DNA from: Podarcis bocagei
Taxonomy: Eukaryota
Strand: one strand, 5' to 3'
Assembly (NCBI GenBank): GCA_964188305.1
Contig: OZ076893.1
DNA: 64,000 bases
Under the pieces are notes generated by a model. It had not been told where the DNA came from. It worked only from the letters and a program-made list of their open reading frames with translations, and searched no databases. Made by a program: the position numbers and the translations under genes. Numbering within the stretch: position 1 is the stretch's first letter; every line of letters starts with the position of its first letter. This document shows positions 40,153 through 50,941 of this stretch, in pieces.

Positions 40153-42706
40153 TAAACATTTCCCAGTGACCACTACTCTATCCCACCCTATAACAAGCAT
40201 TATTCAGAACAGCGGTTTGTATGTCCCACTGAGGAAGATAATAACCCAGCAGAATTCAAAGCAGTAACTATTAATTGCACACCTATTCAAAAACCAGTTA
40301 AAACTATTTAGTCTAACTGATTCAACAAAAATGATGAATTTGATCCAGTGGTACCAGCTTTTCAAAATCTGATAGTCATTTACAACTACAGCACTCCCCT
40401 GCTGCCCCCTTGGCTCTTAGCACCCAGTAAGTAATCCCACCCCTCACCCAGGGTGCAGCAGCACCCACTTTGAAAACCAATGCTTTGGTTTAGAATGTCA
40501 CTGGGTGTGGGGTTGAGCTTTCCTTACTGTTATGATGTTGCTGTTGGTTGCTATTATGAAACAGATCAGTTGATTACTGTGACAAGGTTGATGTTCTTGA
40601 AAAAGACCTGAGAATTTATTTTTTGCACAGCACACTACCTTTCATACTACAAACCTGCCTACCTGTGGAACAGATTTGATGCCTGGGTTATATAATTAAC
40701 AGCCCGATCCTATGCTTCTTTACATGGAAGCATTTCCTATTGTGTCCAATGGGGATAACAGCCAATAAGTTTAGGACTGCAACACCTCCAATTAACTTTG
40801 GATGAGCAAACTGTGTTTGGTGAGGAGACTTGTCTGCCTTCATGTTGCCTGTGCTATTCTATATTATTATGATTATTATCATTTTTGTTATTATAATTGC
40901 TAGAGGCTTACATCTGTATAAATAGTAGAGCATAAATCAGACAACAAAGGCTTGCTGATTTCAGATGGAGGCAGCTTTGCATAGTTTATTGCATATTTAT
41001 TGTGTGAGGGAACTAACAGTGCCTTGGAGTGGGAAATGTTTTTCAGCCTGGAGACCTTGGTTCCTTCTGGGAAACCTCCCAAGGGTCGTAGACCAGAGCA
41101 CTGACTGTCAACTTTACCTTTGTACACTATGTTAGTTTCTGCACAGGCTTCTCTTTGTCTCCCATCCAGAAGCAGCATCAGAGTTCGAGGACACATTTGA
41201 GCCAGCCAAAAACACTCAAGAAAGGTGCAAAGCAGGAATCGGGTTGTGGCCTGGAGAAAAGGGGTGTGCACTGCCAAAGACCAGATGGAAAGGTCTAAGG
41301 CCGCACTTTGGCCCCTGGCCTGAGGTTCCCCACCTCTGCTGTGTCTGCCTACTCAGAAGCAGTCCTCACTGGGTGCAACAGGACTTACTCCCAAGTAAGT
41401 GTTCATGAGGTATCAGCCTCTGAAATGATATCAGCCATCATCTCTGTCTATTAAGCCATGCTGTCTGGGGCTGATGGGAGTTGGTGTCCTGAGTTCTGAG
41501 AATGTAACCTTCAGAAAATTCTGTAAGGATTCACTTTGAATTGCTCTTCAATCACTTTTTTTCTTTGACAGGCAAGGGGGGGGGGAATGAAGGTCACTAT
41601 CAGGGGGAACAAAATTATAATATGATTACTTTGACAGCACTTTGGCTCCTGACAGATCCTCAGGGTACCCATATGCCTGGTATCTTCAGCTTCAGAGACA
41701 GGTAAAAATGGTTTTATATCTGTCCAGGTCTTTAAATTTGGTACGCCGTGTTCATTGCTGCTGCTTTTCAATTTGGAATTTTATCTGAACTGGTTTATTC
41801 ACTGCTGTGATAGTTTTAGTCTGATTTCCTGCTGTTTCTAAAGTACTTGCTGTTTATTGGGTTGTTTAATAGTGATTCTTACTGGTAAACCACATTGAAC
41901 ATTAAAAAAAGAGACAGTATATAAATTGGTAAACTAAGATAAATAAGCATGCAGCAGCTATTTCTACTACAGAGGGACCTTTCTTTGCAATGTGAAATTC
42001 TGTTAAAGATTCCGTTTCTTAAGGACTTAATACTATAGTGAATGGGGAACCTCAGTTTTTATGAGCCGTTCTATGTGGTCCTCAGAACTCTTCCGAGGCC
42101 ACAACCTTCTCTTCCTAGGCCACATGCCTGACTGCCTGGAATGAGTCCTTGAACTCTTTTAAGGACTCTTGCTTGTCTGGATGGTGGGTGGAGAGGGTTG
42201 CATGTGTGTGTAGAAACCAGCCTACTGTACACTGGAAAAATCTACTTTCATTGGTCTACCTGCTTTTGCCTCTAGTCCCACCTGCCCCTGCCATGTGGCC
42301 TACCCAGGTTTTCCTGGAAGGGAATGTGGCTCTCAGACTTTAAAAGGTTGCTCTTCAGGAACTGAAACTCTCTTTCTTGTCAGTGCTAAATAACTGGAAG
42401 AGAATGACAGAGTGACTGAGAAATATGAAACTGTTGAAACTGAATAATCTAAGGACCGTGTCAAAATTCAGCTGATGGAAACCTTCAGCTTGATTTTTTA
42501 AAGTGAGGCAAGCTGCCATTAAAAATATCTTTACTTTGAACAAAGTACAAGTGCTTTCCGGAATTTGCAAATTAGTGCTGTATCTTGTATATTGAACAAT
42601 ATGGAAAAACATTGAAAAAGGTAAACATTGAAATTAGTGGGGTTGGACTAAATGACCCTTGTGTTCTCTTCCAACTCTTTAATTATATGATTCTAAGTTA
42701 GCCATA

Positions 42707-43025
42707 GGGATGCGGGTGGCGTTGTGGGTTAAACCACAGAGCCTAGGACTTGCTGACCAGAAGGTCGGCAGTTTGAATCCCTGCAATGGGGTGAGCTCCT
42801 GTTGCTCGGTCCCTGCTCCTGCCAACCTAGCAGTTTGAAAGCACATCAAAGTGCAAGTAAATAAATAGGTATCGCTCCAGCGGGAAGATAAACAGCGTTT
42901 CTGTGTGCTGCTCTGGTTCGCCAGAAGCGTCTTAGTCATGCTGGCCACATGACTGTACGCCGGCTGCCTCGGCCAATAAAGTGAGATGAGTGCCACAACC
43001 CCAGAGTCGGTCATGACTGGACCTA
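42707..43025 (+). mobile_element. Sauria SINE, tail missing
   Basis: Full head and body; ends at gactggaccta. Confidence 0.92.
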
Positions 43026-43172
43026 CTTGCACTTGGCGTGCTTTTGAATTGCTAGGTTGGCAGGAGCAGGGACCAAGGAATGGGAGCTCACTCCATCGTG
43101 GGGATTCGAACCGCTGACCTTCTGATCAGCAAGTCCTAGGCTCTGTGCTTTAACCCACCACGCCACCCGCGT
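43023..43172 (-). mobile_element. Sauria SINE 5' half, fused tail-to-tail to the previous copy
   Basis: ctacttgcact...ggggattcgaacc...taacccaccacgccacccgcgt. Confidence 0.9.
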
Positions 43173-43199
43173 ACATGGATTTCCATGTACTTTTGCATT

Positions 43200-44100
43200 A
43201 TATCTGGCCTATTAAGATAATCCCAGCTACCTGCTTTTACTAGCTTTGCGGTTGTTAGTAATTGCATCGTGAGTTCTAAATCATTAAGAACCATTAAGAA
43301 CTCCTTGTGAGCAGCCAAGGAACAGTTGCCTTGGAGTTAATGCTATACTACATCCAAGTCTATCACTGATTACATTTCAGACCTCCTGCCAAAAGGGCTT
43401 TACTTGTGTGCATTTCCAAAATATGTGCACAGTATCTGCCCTTGAGTTTCGATCTCTCCAGGATACATATTCTGCTGAAGATAGATGATTTATGCAACCA
43501 AATAAATCAACCACTTGGGATTTCAAAGGTGGAATTGACGCCTGAAGGGGAAGGTGGCATTTTGTTCTGGATCTTAGACAAATTGATTGAAAAATCACGG
43601 GGGTTTTGTGTTTTTGTAAATATGTTAACCCTAGCTGAAGATGAGGGTTATCCTTTTAATGATTGGGACATGACACCTCTGAAACTATTAGAATGTTCTG
43701 CGGTATTCAGGGAAGCTGGAGGGAATGTCTGCCTAGATATTCCAAGCCAGCAGAAAGCTGCAAACTAGGCTGGAGGGGACATTTTCCATTCCAAGCAGAG
43801 ATTTGAATGTGACTAATTGCTCCGTACACTTGTAAAGCAATCCAAACCCCCTTTGTGCCAGGCTTGGGGATGATGTCTGTTAACCTGCCAAAATGGATGT
43901 TTCTTGGGGTGGGGGAGGCAGGGGGCTGTGCGAGACCAGGATTTGTTGAGCCAACTGTATTGCTGTTCTGTGACTGCATCAGGATCCAGGCTGGTACAAG
44001 AATATAACTCACCACCCACCATGTACATTCTGGCCTGAAATATGAGGAAACAGTGGCCCCATCATTCTTTAGAGACCTGCCAGGCTAGGGGGCCAGTTAG
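43200..44100 (-). mobile_element. Degraded L1/Tx1-like ORF2 3' fragment
   Basis: WRDRNSRADTVHIFWKCTQVKPFWQEV resembles the L1-clade C-terminal CWRC..H..W.C..FW motif; boundaries approximate. Confidence 0.55.
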
Positions 44101-44120
44101 GATGGCTCCCTAATAATACT

Positions 44121-44477
44121 TAAAGGTAAAGGTAAAGGGACCCCTGACAGTTAAGTCCAGTCGTGGACGACTCTGGGGTTGCGGCGGTCATCTCGCTTTA
44201 CTGGCCGAGGGAGCTGGCGTTTGTCCGCAGACAGCTTCTGGGTCATGTAGCCAGCATGACTAAGCCACTTCTGGTGAACCAGAGCAGTGCACAGAAATGC
44301 CATTTACCTTCCCGCTGGAGCAGTACCTATTTATTTACTTGCACTTTGATGTGCTTTTGAACTGCTAGGTTGGCAGGAGCTGGGACAGAGCAAAGGAAGC
44401 TCACCCCGTAGTGGGGATTCGAACCGCCGACCTTCTGATCAGCAAGCCCTAGGCTCTGTAGTTTAGACCACAACGCC
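44121..44477 (-). mobile_element. Sauria SINE
   Basis: (AAAGGT)n tail and same body. Confidence 0.93.
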
Positions 44478-44494
44478 TTAGGGACACACTATTT

Positions 44495-44630
44495 CAGGCA
44501 TAGGCAAACTCGGCCCTCCAGATGTTTTGGGACTACAACTCCCATCACCCCTAGGTAACAGGACCAGTGGTCAGGGATTATGGGAGTTGTAGTCCCAAAA
44601 CATCTAGAGGGCTGAATTTGTCTATGCCTG
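44495..44630. mobile_element. Palindromic hAT MITE, 136 bp
   Basis: TIR caggcatag../..ctatgcctg, TSD cactattt/cactattg, arms gggactacaactccca/tgggagttgtagtccc. Confidence 0.88.
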
Positions 44631-46198
44631 CACTATTGCTTGCAGGATAGAAGTGTATGGATTCCAGCTAGTATCAAGGCCACTTCTTTACAGCATCACA
44701 TCTTCTAGGCAGACAGCCTAGTGAAAAGAAAGAAAGCAGTTTCTTGAAGTTACATGTGACTGTCATAAGCAGAAACATTATGCTGTTTCATTCACAACTA
44801 TTCAACTTTCCCTCCCTCTCTCTCCGCACACACTGCACACGCTCAAGTGGGTATAATTCCATAGGAATAGCTGCCACCATTTTTCCAGAGAATGTGTTCC
44901 ATTTTGTGCCTTCAATGTTTCAAAGAAATTGTCGGCTTAAATATTGGTGCCAGTAACGGTTACTGTGATTATCAGCAAGTTGGATTTTTTTTCTTTTAGG
45001 CCTGCTAAATCTTTCCTAGAAAAGAAAAATGACACCACAAAAGATTATTTTAGCCAGTAATTTGATACAAAAGCTACCACAGCCCACATTCATTTGAGAA
45101 TGTTGTTTTCTGTGTTATGCTTCCTGTGCTGGTAGTACTGACAAGCTAGGTACACCCACTCACAACCAGTAGATTGGAAGTGGGATGATAGATCTAATAC
45201 CTATCAACATTTCAGTTTTTCATCATATCCCAGGGCTATTCTTTTATATTACATTTTGAAGATATTGATGTTTCATTCCAATATATGAGCCAGTGTGGTG
45301 TCATGTCAGAGACAGTCAGACTAGGAGCAGGATGGGAGAAGAGGCCCGAATTCAAATCTAAACTCAACCTTGAAGTTATCTGGGTGATTTTAGGTGAATC
45401 GCTCTTTCTTGAACTAGGCTTCCTAGAAGCATTGTTGTGAATAGTGGGGTAGGGGAGAGATGGAGGGAAATGTCTGCATCCCCCTTGACTTTCTTGGAAG
45501 AAAGGGAGGGTGTCAGTTCAACAACAGGCATAAATACTTGTGTCCATTCAAGGAAGTTGCACTCTCAATCTTTTCAGTCTCCTGCATCAAATTCCACACC
45601 ATTCTCTAAGCAGATTTTTGTAATGGGCAGAGAGGGGAGCACAGACTGCTGCAGAGAGAAAAGGTAATAAAATATTGTTTGATCATCTAGAGCTCTGTTC
45701 AGTTCATGGGAATAACGTTGGATCCAAGTCACTGTCTAGACAATGTTAAATTTCACCTTAAGATCTGTGGGTATTTAACACCCTATTAAAAAGCAATTCT
45801 TCATCGAAATACCCCCCCCCCCCCATTTTCATTAACATTCACTTGCTTTCTGCCTCTGTGGCACCCTTTTGTGTTTATGCTGTGGGGAGCATCTTCGACC
45901 AGGAGGAGGAAATTGACCTTCAGTCCTGACCACGTTTCTTTTGGGGTGGGCAAGAATCTAGTCATGCAGGCAAGGTTTGATAGGTGGGTGGGGCTGTGCA
46001 CCTGTCTGTCACCTGCCCACCTGTAAATCAAAGGACTATACAAAGCCCAGATATTGATTCAGCAACTATTTCTCTACTGCCCTAACACTGCATATGATTT
46101 TGGGGAAACAGCCTTGCAGGCCAAATATGAACCCATGGCAAATCAAAATTGGCCTGTGGGCCACAAATTCCCCACTCCTGCTCTACAGTTCCACCAAC

Positions 46199-46350
46199 AC
46201 CTCTAGTACTAAGTTAGTTCTCTAGTTCTCTAGTACTAAGTTAGTTCTCTAGTACTAAGTTAGTTGGTCTTTAAGGTGCTACAGGAAGGATTTTTTTTTA
46301 TTTTGACTATGGCAGACCAACACGGCTACCTATCTGTAACCTCTAGTACT
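46199..46350 (+). mobile_element. Short Penelope-like 3' end insertion with a reiterated 5' junction
   Basis: gttggtctttaaggtgctac...gactatggcagaccaacacggctacc resembles reptile Neptune/Penelope termini (from memory). 12-bp TSD acctctagtact. Confidence 0.7.
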
Positions 46351-47240
46351 GATGCTTTTCTAAAGAAATCTTTGCGGCTGCCTATCCAAAATCCTTGTAA
46401 ATCCCTTCAAGAAAGTCAATTATCCAGTCTAGGAGTGGGGAAAACTAAAATGGATTTGTTTACCTTCCTGTATGGTCTGGGGGGGGGGCAACAGTTTTAT
46501 TGTAAAAATGGCATACATTGTAGAGGTGCTCCTAGGAAAGTAATCTGCAGAATTACAGAAAGATAAGAATAGGGGCCAGAGTGATGCAGAATTTAAAAAA
46601 CCTGCTTTGGGGTTGTATTCTGCTCAACTGGCAGCAAAAGTCATAGAAACTAAGTGAAAAGGTGATTTGACAGGAATGGATGTGTGGATATCTGCCATGC
46701 TGGCAGAAGGGCTTGAATAGCCAACACAACTAGCAGAACAGACAGGTTGATACAATACTTCATCATTCCTTCTCCAAAGCACTGTGAGTGGCAATCAAAT
46801 CCCACTAATTAGAAACTAGATCTGAAACTGCCTCCCTTCCCACCCCTGACATTTTCTGTATACTGTATGCCAAGCTTAGGAAGAAATGTTTCAGTTTTTG
46901 CAGATGTGCTGTCTGCAGTGGTTTGACAGCTGAATCTCCAAAGCTTCCCAAAGTGTTTTGGTTTGGTGTTTTTATTATTTGTTGCTCTGCCTAATTTTGC
47001 CTCTGGCCTCGCCCACCAATAAAATGTGGTCCTCATAAAGTTGCCCAGAAGGCAATGCAGCTCCCAGACTGGTATTGCGTGTACAAGCAAGAAGGCAGAT
47101 ATTCAGCATACTTAAATATTTGCTTGACTCTTTGGCACAATTGGAAACAGAAGCGGTTTTTGCTCAGCCTCACATTCATTGCAGTGAATATCTAGCAATT
47201 ATATTCAAAAGCAAATATATTTATTGTTCAGAATTCTGCT

Positions 47241-47242
<2 letters not shown>

Positions 47243-47280
<38 letters not shown>
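47243..47280. repeat. (CA)n microsatellite
   Basis: Direct inspection. Confidence 0.95.
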
Positions 47281-47281
<1 letters not shown>

Positions 47282-48024
47282 CTAGAATAATTTTAGCTCC
47301 TCTCCAGGCATTCCAGCCCAAAGCAAATCATTTCATTGCTGCATCATAATGCCAGTCTTCTCGCATGGGGAGGTACCGTATTATATCTATTAGGTGCCAA
47401 TTAATTCTCTGCTAAGAGCAGAGTTGTAATTAAATTCAAGATGTGCATAGAAATGCACTTGGGGGAATATTTATTCTCTCTTCTAGCCATTTTTGGCACA
47501 CAGAACCAATAGAAGTATGTGTTGGGCACTGTGGGTCAAAGCAAGTGCATTTCCTGGTGATCTGATATGGACAGAGTGCTCACTCACTGAGTGACTGTGG
47601 GCCAGAGCCAACTTTATACATTCTGTCCTCTAGCACAAATCATGCAATATTTCACCACAACCTGCTGCTTCATTTATTTGCTTACAGAGAAATATTGGCA
47701 TTCAACCTTCCTTCCATTGCAAAGAGCAGGGCCAAGGGTTTAGAGACAAATTTCACATCACAATGCAAAAACCCACCCCTCAAAATTAAAACGAGTAGAG
47801 ATACACAGTTTACTGAATAATCCTACACATGTGAACTCAGAAGCAAATACCAAGGAGCTTACCCCTAGGAATAAAGAAGTATTGAATACTTAGGAGATCA
47901 AAACCCAAACCATAGCCAAATCTAAAAGCTTACTGAAAGAAGACAGTTTTAACGTGGGCATGTAGTAACTCCCGGTTTTGTTTGTGCTTATGGAATGTAG
48001 CCTATGATCCAAAAGTAAGAACAA

Positions 48025-48190
48025 GAGACAATGTGGTGCAATGGTTAGAGTGTAGGGCCTGGGAGACCAGGGTTCAAATCCCTACTCAGCCATGAAGCTC
48101 ACCGGGTGACCTTGGGCCAATCATTGCTTCTCTGCTTAACTAACCTGAAGGTTTGTTGTGAAGATAAAATGTGGAGGGGAAGAACAGCCC
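48025..48190 (+). mobile_element. Old CORE-type tRNA SINE (MIR/Squam3-like)
   Basis: tgtggtgcaatggttagag...ggttcaaatcc...gggtgaccttgggc. Confidence 0.65.
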
Positions 48191-48872
48191 CCACTGCTTA
48201 GATGATCCTGCAGAATACTAATATTTTTTTTTCTTAAAATGTCTCTCTTCTTTCCCTTCCTGAACAAATTCTCATACATGTCCTAAGGCCTAGGCCGCCA
48301 TAAGGTCTGCATCTGGTGCTATAATAAATACAATCTAGCATAATAGAATCATTTTTTTTTAAAAAAAAATGGCCATATGCTCATAACATTCCATTGGAGC
48401 TTTTTTAAAAACTAACCCTGCAGTTTGTGAAACAAAGCCAGTGAATTATAAATCAACCAGGCTTTTTCCAAATTATTTAAGCACTGAACATCTCACCTGA
48501 GTAATGAAGCAATAAATGTAATGTAAACTCACATTTCTCCTAATTAGCTTTCCCAATCAACACTGAGGATAAACGTAGACCATACACACATGGTTCCTAA
48601 TCATAATGAGGAGGTCTGTGAAGTAAAATACCTCTGGCATTTTCAGATGGCATAAAGAATGGTGATATAAATGTCACTGTGGGGTGATGTACAGGGAATA
48701 ACTTTAGAGGCAAAGCATCACTGAAGCTATACAACAGAATTATGGGAGTTCTGGCCTATCTTTCTGACCTTGGTTCACTTTCTCTGTTTATGTCTCCCTT
48801 GAATAAATCTAGGAAGAGAAGGCATTCATAATCATATATTCCACTCAGAAATCAGGAAGACATCAAAGTCTC

Positions 48873-49214
48873 AGACCCTCCAAGTGTCCCTATTTTCCAG
48901 GGACGTTCCCAGATTTAGAGAAGTCATCCCAGTTCCTGATTTGACCCCAGAATGTCCTGCTTTTCCTTAAGACATCCCTATTTCCATTGGATAAATGTTG
49001 GAAGGCATGGAATTATCTGACCCCTGAGCCATCTCAAGGCAATCTTGTATAGGGGAGGTTTTTTTAAAAAATGTTTTATTATGTTTTTATATATGTTGGA
49101 AGTCACCCAGAGTGGCTGGGGTAACCCAGTAAGATGTGTGGGGTATAAATAGTAAGACTATAATTATGGAATGAGGCATCCTTATTTTCATCAGTGAAAT
49201 GTTTGGGGGGTATG
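48873..49214. mobile_element. hAT-like MITE containing an L2 3' fragment
   Basis: Termini cagaccctccaa/ttggggggtatg and gtccc subterminal repeats. L2 tail at ~49050-49165. Inverted partial copy at 54914-55021. Confidence 0.6.
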
Positions 49215-49385
49215 AAGTTTTAAAAACGAACTATGACTTAACTCACTGTGCATCAGGAGTGTACACAATGTATGTGTGTGAAAGAAAAAGAGAAAGAAAG
49301 AGAAAGAATCATGTACATATAACTAAGAAGAATATAACAATGGTGTTGCTTTTTGAAGCATCATATGTCAAATTCTCCCCCCCCC

Positions 49386-49440
<55 letters not shown>

Positions 49441-49522
49441 TTTCGTAGATTTTCACGGGTACAGGAATGCAGGTTTTGGTGTCTTCGGGTGTCTTCCCGT
49501 GTAAGAGTTGGGGTGTCTAGGC

Positions 49523-49556
49523 GACGTTTCGACGAGGTCTCACTCGTCATCTTCAG
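49523..49556 (-). ncRNA. Minimal hammerhead ribozyme motif
   Basis: Reverse complement of the same core. Confidence 0.75.
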
Positions 49557-49633
49557 GCTGGAGCTTTCGGCTTCTTGTTACTGGAACAGAGCTGTTACTT
49601 CTGTTCCAGTAACAAGAAGCCGAAAGCTCCAGC

Positions 49634-49667
49634 CTGAAGATGACGAGTGAGACCTCGTCGAAACGTC
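49634..49667 (+). ncRNA. Minimal hammerhead ribozyme motif
   Basis: CUGAAGA-U-GACGAG(UGAGAC)CUCGUC-GAAA-C-GUC. Confidence 0.75.
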
Positions 49668-49831
49668 GCCTAGACACCCCAACTCTTACACGGGAAGACA
49701 CCCGAAGACACCAAAACCTGCATATATATATATATATATATATATTTGCTTTCGTAGATTTTCACGGGTACAGGAATGCAGGTTTTGGTGTCTTCGGGTG
49801 TCTTCCCGTGTAAGAGTTGGGGTGTCTAGGC

Positions 49832-49865
49832 GACGTTTCGACGAGGTCTCACTCGTCATCTTCAG
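49832..49865 (-). ncRNA. Minimal hammerhead ribozyme motif
   Basis: Reverse complement of the same core. Confidence 0.75.
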
Positions 49866-50815
49866 GCTGGTGCTTTCGGCTTCTTGTTACTAGAACAGAG
49901 CAGGATCTCAGTGTTTGAGTTCCTATAAATACTGTTGAGGGGGTGTGGTGTATAGCCTCCAACGTTCTGGGCAGAGAGGAAGTTCCCAGGTTAGTGTGCC
50001 TTTTCTTCTTTTGTTCATTAATTACTTGAGGGATATCTTGAGTGATTTCTTGAGTGATATTCTGAGTACCACTTAGGAGGGTCATTAGGTGTGGATTAGT
50101 TGCTAAAGCTTTCGTGTCTTGACCTCTTGAGCTTGTGAAAAGTTTTTCTGAGAAGATGGCTGTACTGCACTTAGTTGTGCTCTGGCTTGGCTTCGTGTAT
50201 AGGGGCGAGCTGTGGTTTTGTGCCCTGTGCCAGCCAGATCTGTGTAGGGATTGCAGGGGGGTGCAGCATCCGGAGGTGCCACTATGGTTTGGCTACTGGA
50301 TGGTGTCTGTAATTTATCTGTGGAGAGGGTCTGGGTTTGGGTCTGGTGTGGTTGATTGGAGATGGCGTTCTGTGTGCCTCTGGTTCTGGTGTCGGTTTTT
50401 GTGGGGAGGGCTAATTTCCAGATGTCTGGCAGGCGGGACGTGTCGGGCACGTGTCGGGCACAAAACCACAGCTCGCCCCTATACACGAAGCCAAGCCAGA
50501 GCACAACTAAGTGCAGTACAGCCATCTTCTCAAAAAAACTTTTCACAAGCTCAAGAGGTCAAGACACGAAAGCTTTAGCAACTAATCCACACCTAATGAC
50601 CCTCCTAAGTGGTACTCAGAATATCACTCAAGAAATCACTCAAGATATCCCTCAAGTAATTAATGAACAAAAGAAGAAAAGGCACACTAACCTGGGAACT
50701 TCCTCTCTGCCCAGAACGTTGGAGGCTATACACCACACCCCCTCAACAGTATTTATAGGAACTCAAACACTGAGATCCTGCTCTGTTCTAGTAACAAGAA
50801 GCCGAAAGCACCAGC

Positions 50816-50849
50816 CTGAAGATGACGAGTGAGACCTCGTCGAAACGTC
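50816..50849 (+). ncRNA. Minimal hammerhead ribozyme motif
   Basis: Identical core to 49634-49667. Confidence 0.75.
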
Positions 50850-50903
50850 GCCTAGACACCCCAACTCTTACACGGGAAGACACCCGAAGACACCAAAACC
50901 TGC

Positions 50904-50941
<38 letters not shown>

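Larger units (their letters stand above)
49439..49723. mobile_element. Penelope-like insertion 1 (inverted pLTR fragments) in (TA)n
   Basis: Perfect 124-bp inverted arms 49467-49590 / 49600-49723, 9-nt spacer and a 28-nt unpaired tail at 49439-49466; a hammerhead motif in each arm. Confidence 0.85.
49748..50905. mobile_element. Penelope-like insertion 2 (5'-truncated minus copy plus inverted pLTR) in (TA)n
   Basis: 450-bp inverted arms 49776-50225 / 50456-50905 (one mismatch seen) and the same 28-nt tail. The loop encodes DTSRLPDIWKLAL on the minus strand, resembling the end of a PLE GIY-YIG domain. Confidence 0.85.

Noticed and set aside
46201-46265. CRISPR-like repeats
   Set aside because: Eukaryotic DNA, contiguous repeats without spacers, and no cas genes.
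50103-50832. Twin 147-aa ORFs and a 158-aa ORF with identical ends as a novel gene pair
   Set aside because: A by-product of the 450-bp inverted repeat; only the minus-strand PLE tail looks meaningful.
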